A DNA stretch of 64,000 nucleotides from Tubiluchus corallicola (Eukaryota; Animalia; Priapulida): NCBI GenBank assembly GCA_030141605.1, contig JAQGDQ010000804.1:1-64000 (forward strand), read 5' to 3'. Positions within the stretch are counted from its first letter, which is position 1; each line of letters starts with the position of its first letter. This document shows, piece by piece, positions 48,051 to 64,000 of this stretch. The position numbers and the translations under genes are program-made. Under the pieces are notes generated by a model. That model was not told the origin of the DNA and made no database searches. It worked only from the letters and a program-made list of their open reading frames with translations.

Positions 48051-50454
48051 TGAACGATACATGTTAGTACGATGATGTTATGACGACGATTAAGTCATGA
48101 TAATATTTCCTTAGCATAAACATAGCCAAACTAAGAAGAAAGTAAAAAGAGGCACAATTGATTGCATATTGTATTACATAGTTTTATAGGGATGAACTGA
48201 CAGTTGTGAGTATTTGCATGTACGTACTGTGAAGCAATGATTGTATATACACTATACATATTCAAAGTGATCATTCGAAATACTTGGCAAATACGTGTGA
48301 TTTAAGATTTTTCTTTAGTTTATGAATTGACAGAAGTTTTAATGTATTCAAGTAATTTATTCCAAGCTGACAGTTTCCATGAGCCCAAGTTCTCATTAGT
48401 CCATTTATTCTAAGTTCCCATTAGTGGAAATAAAGTGTTTACCAACATAAGTTCTTGAAAATTTAATAGTAGACATAGACATTTTTATTTATCTCCTCAT
48501 TTAATCCAGTACACGAATTGGCTATTATTTTTATAGATATTGATTAAAAACGATAAATTAAGCATAAAGGAAAGAGTTAGGAGTAGTATATTTATAATAT
48601 ACAATTAATAATATATTCATTGTATCCAAGTCGCCCATTTTACATTAAGTTTAGCTGGTTTATTGAAAAAGTTTGGAAATAACTTCAAACGAATCTTTAT
48701 AAATATATACAGAGGTACCGTAAGACAACAGATCTTCTAACCTAAAAATTTTACTATCAAGATAATGAGCTTTAGTGACTGTTGTTCATTTAGGTAATTT
48801 ATGAAAAATACAAACAAATTTTCTTTGTAGTCTTTGAAGTTTAAACAAATTAGATAGATAAATTTACGATGCATGAGTCATTGAATGAATTACCCCGAGA
48901 ACTTATTAATCTTTTTAACTTTACTATTTTGTCCTGGATTTTTGGGTCCTAAAGCATGTGCTTTGTATGCCTAATGGCGCCGGGCTTGCTGCGATAACAG
49001 ACAAAACACAATAAAACAAACAAACTGAGGCATTAACTTTGGAGAGTTAAAATCAACTAAAATTATTATCCTGCACTTAAACCCCAACTTTATATTTTAC
49101 TAATAATATCATTTTTCATACTTTTCTTTTTGCGCCATTTGTAACTACCTTTGCTTTGTGCCGTTTTTTCCTGTGCCACTTTTACCGTGCCATTTTTATC
49201 TACATTCTTCAATATGCAGTCACGACTCACTAGTCAGAGCTGTGTAGAAATTGGTAATTCAGGAAGGGACGTAACCGAAAGAAGTAGATAGAAAATAAAG
49301 CATCGCTAAATTAACCTCACGTCGACGCGAAATACGTGCAACAAATACTTTTTCAATTTTATGTTTTTCGCAATAACGAGGTTAGTATTTTTCGCAGCGT
49401 TAAATTCTGCATTTTTTCACGATTGGTGTTAGCTATAAATTATAATTACTATTACTAAGGTAATAATTAGATATTTTTAAAATCTATCTGCGATAAAATG
49501 AAAGAGTTTATTTTTACCTTTAACGATTGCTAGGTGGTAATTGGGAAAATCGCTGAGAAAAACCAGGTAAGACCTCCTGCAATGATGTGACTCACCGTTG
49601 CTTGTAATGTATGTATTTTCAAAACACTTTTGTTAGCAACGTGAAGTTCGTACGAAAAATTTGAGGTAGAATTGATTAATAGTAAGCACTTGTGGGAACA
49701 TTTTATCGACAGGTTTTAAAGTGATGTGGAGAATCAAATTTATTGGAAATGTGTGTGAAGACACAACCTTTAATTCTTACCACGCTGTATTTTTGTGTGA
49801 TATCTTCCCTGTAATATGATGTTGTAGATTTCGAATCAGACAAATTTGTGTTGTTCGATACCCCCGATGTTGCATATTGGAATAACCCAATATTAAGCAA
49901 AATTTGATACTTTCCCTATATATCGGCTTCAACTTTCAACCATTCAGAAGAGGCAAAGCGCATATGACCGCTTAAGTCTTCTGCAAAGCATGATACATCT
50001 TTCTGTACAGTTTGGAGATACTCGTGATCAAAGATTAGTGTTGCCTGCTTAGTATGGGTGAACATTGTGGTAAACACCTCACTATAAACAGATGATTTTC
50101 TAAGGTGAGACAATGAACTGCTAATGGCAATTTAGCTGTTTTCAGGACTGCCATCCAACTGAGAGCTAGGCGTAGCATTGCTTAGCTTGTGTGGCCAAAC
50201 GCATATCGTAGCTACATACCCTTTTGTTTGCAATTCTATTTTTAGCAAAATTACACGCAGCTTTTTTTGCCACTTTTATGTTTGCACAAAAAGCAGGATT
50301 ATTTGTTAGTTTGTAAGATTGTAAAGATTGTCTGTTTGTGAAATATTTCGCAATTTCATGATTTTTAACACTTTACTTATAAATATAGCTTGAAAGAATT
50401 GGACAACAAAACAAATTGAACGCGAAGTCGATGAAGTAAATAAAATGAAAGGAA

Positions 50455-62300
<11,846 letters not shown>

Positions 62301-63328
62301 GTCGGTGTTCAGTCCAGCTCCTAGAGGGCACATTTTTCTTACGTTTTGCAAATGTTGTATTTAGATCATAAATCATAAATTATGTTTTTTAGTTTAAGTC
62401 TTTCAGGATCGCACATTTTAAAAGTGATTTAATTGGATAAAATTATTTGACCTATCGAGTAGCTGAGTCTGGTGTACACTTGCGTGAAAGTACACCATTT
62501 TATTGATTGCCTGCTTGCTGTAGAACTGCCTACTGTTCCAGGAAAAGCTAAGCAATCAGCCAAGGACAAATTAAGATCATTTCATCTTTTAACAGGAATT
62601 TTCCTTAAGAATAGATTAGACTTGAGACCAATGATATCAGAGTGTTGTGTCTGGATAGTTGAAATTTTCTGAATTAGTTGATTTCACACAAGTGATACTG
62701 TACATTGTTACAGTGCAAACACTGCAGTTACTGAAAGCTTTTTTGAATTTACTCATCAAAAATTGATTTTTAATTTGTGTAAGGCAAGCAAATGCATTTC
62801 ATATATAATTTTGAATGAAACTCCATTGTGTGAAGAGAAGAAACCGACAAAAATTATCAAATATAATGTAATCGCTGCTTAGTGAGAGCAGTTTTTCATG
62901 AAGCCATGCAAAATGCAGCAAATGCTTATGATCCTGAAGGAGTTAACTGACGAACTATGTTAGATTTATTCCTGGGTTTGTACTTTTTCCAAGATGTCTG
63001 AATAAAATATTGTGCTTTGTTAATTTTTTTGATTATAATTTAATATCCTTTCCATTTTCAACTGCAGTTGATAACTATTTCACTTAGTTTAGACTTGTTG
63101 ACTCTTTACTCTGCTGAACACAGGCTTGTTTGTTTGTTTACTTGTTTGCGCCGAGATGCGAGAACCCGCCAGAGCCATCTATTGAGTGTTTTAGCAAATT
63201 CCTAAAAGGTTATTGCTTGCCTTTGGTTTGCATTCCACGGAAGTTAGCATTGATGTAAAATGTAGCATTGGAGCAAAATGTGTGAACGGAGCTTAACCAC
63301 GGAAGTTTTGTTTTTTGTCCAGTGTTGT

Positions 63329-63996
63329 CAGGGATGTTACCAAAATCAAAATTTATCAAACATAAGATACCCATTCATTAGAATATTAATCTGTTTAATT
63401 GTTTTTGGATTTAAGTATCCTTAATGATTAACGTTTAAAGATACGCCTCATTGCCGGTAGGAGCACGTCACAAGCTGTTATGTAAACGAGATTTTCGCTT
63501 TATTTGAACTCGACCAGACGGTTTAGTCTAGTGGTAACGCGTCTGCTTTCCGTCTGAGAGGTCGTGAGTTCGAACCAGCGGCCGGGTGATACCAAAGACT
63601 TTAAAAATGGTACCTGCTGTTGCCCTGCCTGACGCGTGGTATTTAGGGTAAAAGTGGGGTAATAATAGTCTCTGTTATGTAGTTGTAGGTTGTTATTTAC
63701 AGTCGGCGATAATAGCTCTTTGAGCTAATGTTAATTGTTCACCCAAAAGCCGACTTCAAATAAAGATTATTATTATTGTTATTATTATTTAGCCAAGATT
63801 TTTCAGCAGTTTTTGACATCTAGGAGAAAAGAGGAGCTAAACTGGATAAATTCTCGTAAAACTTCTGAGAAATGCTACGGAAAAGTAACTGAAATTTTAG
63901 CTGCGAAAGTTAATAAATTTTGCCAAAATCGAAACTTAACCAAAAGTGTGATTATCAGTAAACCGAACGGAAAATTTCGTTTCCGTAACATCCCCG
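63329..63996. mobile_element. hAT-like MITE
   Basis: TIRs CAGGGATGTTAC / GTAACATCCCCG, similar to the element at 50869; right TSD truncated by the window edge (AGTG vs AGTA). Confidence 0.65.
63512..63790 (+). mobile_element. tRNA-derived SINE (core resembles Meta-type SINEs) inserted in the MITE
   Basis: A box TAGTCTAGTGG, B box GTTCGAACC, core GATACCAAAGACTTTAAAAATGGTACCTGC, AATAAA and (ATT)n tail. Confidence 0.8.
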
Positions 63997-64000
63997 AGTA

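Noticed and set aside
63512-63590. tRNA gene
   Set aside because: A and B boxes present but no acceptor stem, and the sequence continues into a SINE core and (ATT)n tail

Overview
AT-rich, intron-rich invertebrate animal genomic DNA; the species cannot be determined from sequence alone. (1) Minus strand 9641-33099: a 14-exon gene reconstructed by hand (2928 nt CDS, 975 aa) for a secreted protein with a signal peptide, 9 Ig domains and a C-terminal globular C1q domain. Seven Ig domains are recently duplicated, identical-length 261-nt phase-1 exons. (2) Plus strand 39067-40948: three intact, intronless, unrelated housekeeping ORFs (SPTSS, C1orf109/AIRIM, OTUD6B) packed 47 and 68 nt apart. Each downstream ORF is preceded by a 3' splice acceptor whose AG ends exactly 15 nt after the previous stop codon, and the first canonical AATAAA follows the third ORF. 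This looks like a splicing-resolved tricistronic unit or operon and is the best candidate for a new system. (3) Minus strand 42186-44000: a 17-finger C2H2 zinc-finger gene. (4) Plus strand from 50455 past the window end: the 5' half of a HECW1/2-type E3 ligase, with a duplicated acceptor and a minisatellite made of its own splice donor. The rest is satellites, LINE and SINE fragments and nested non-autonomous DNA transposons. Exon boundaries were read by eye; no expression data are available.
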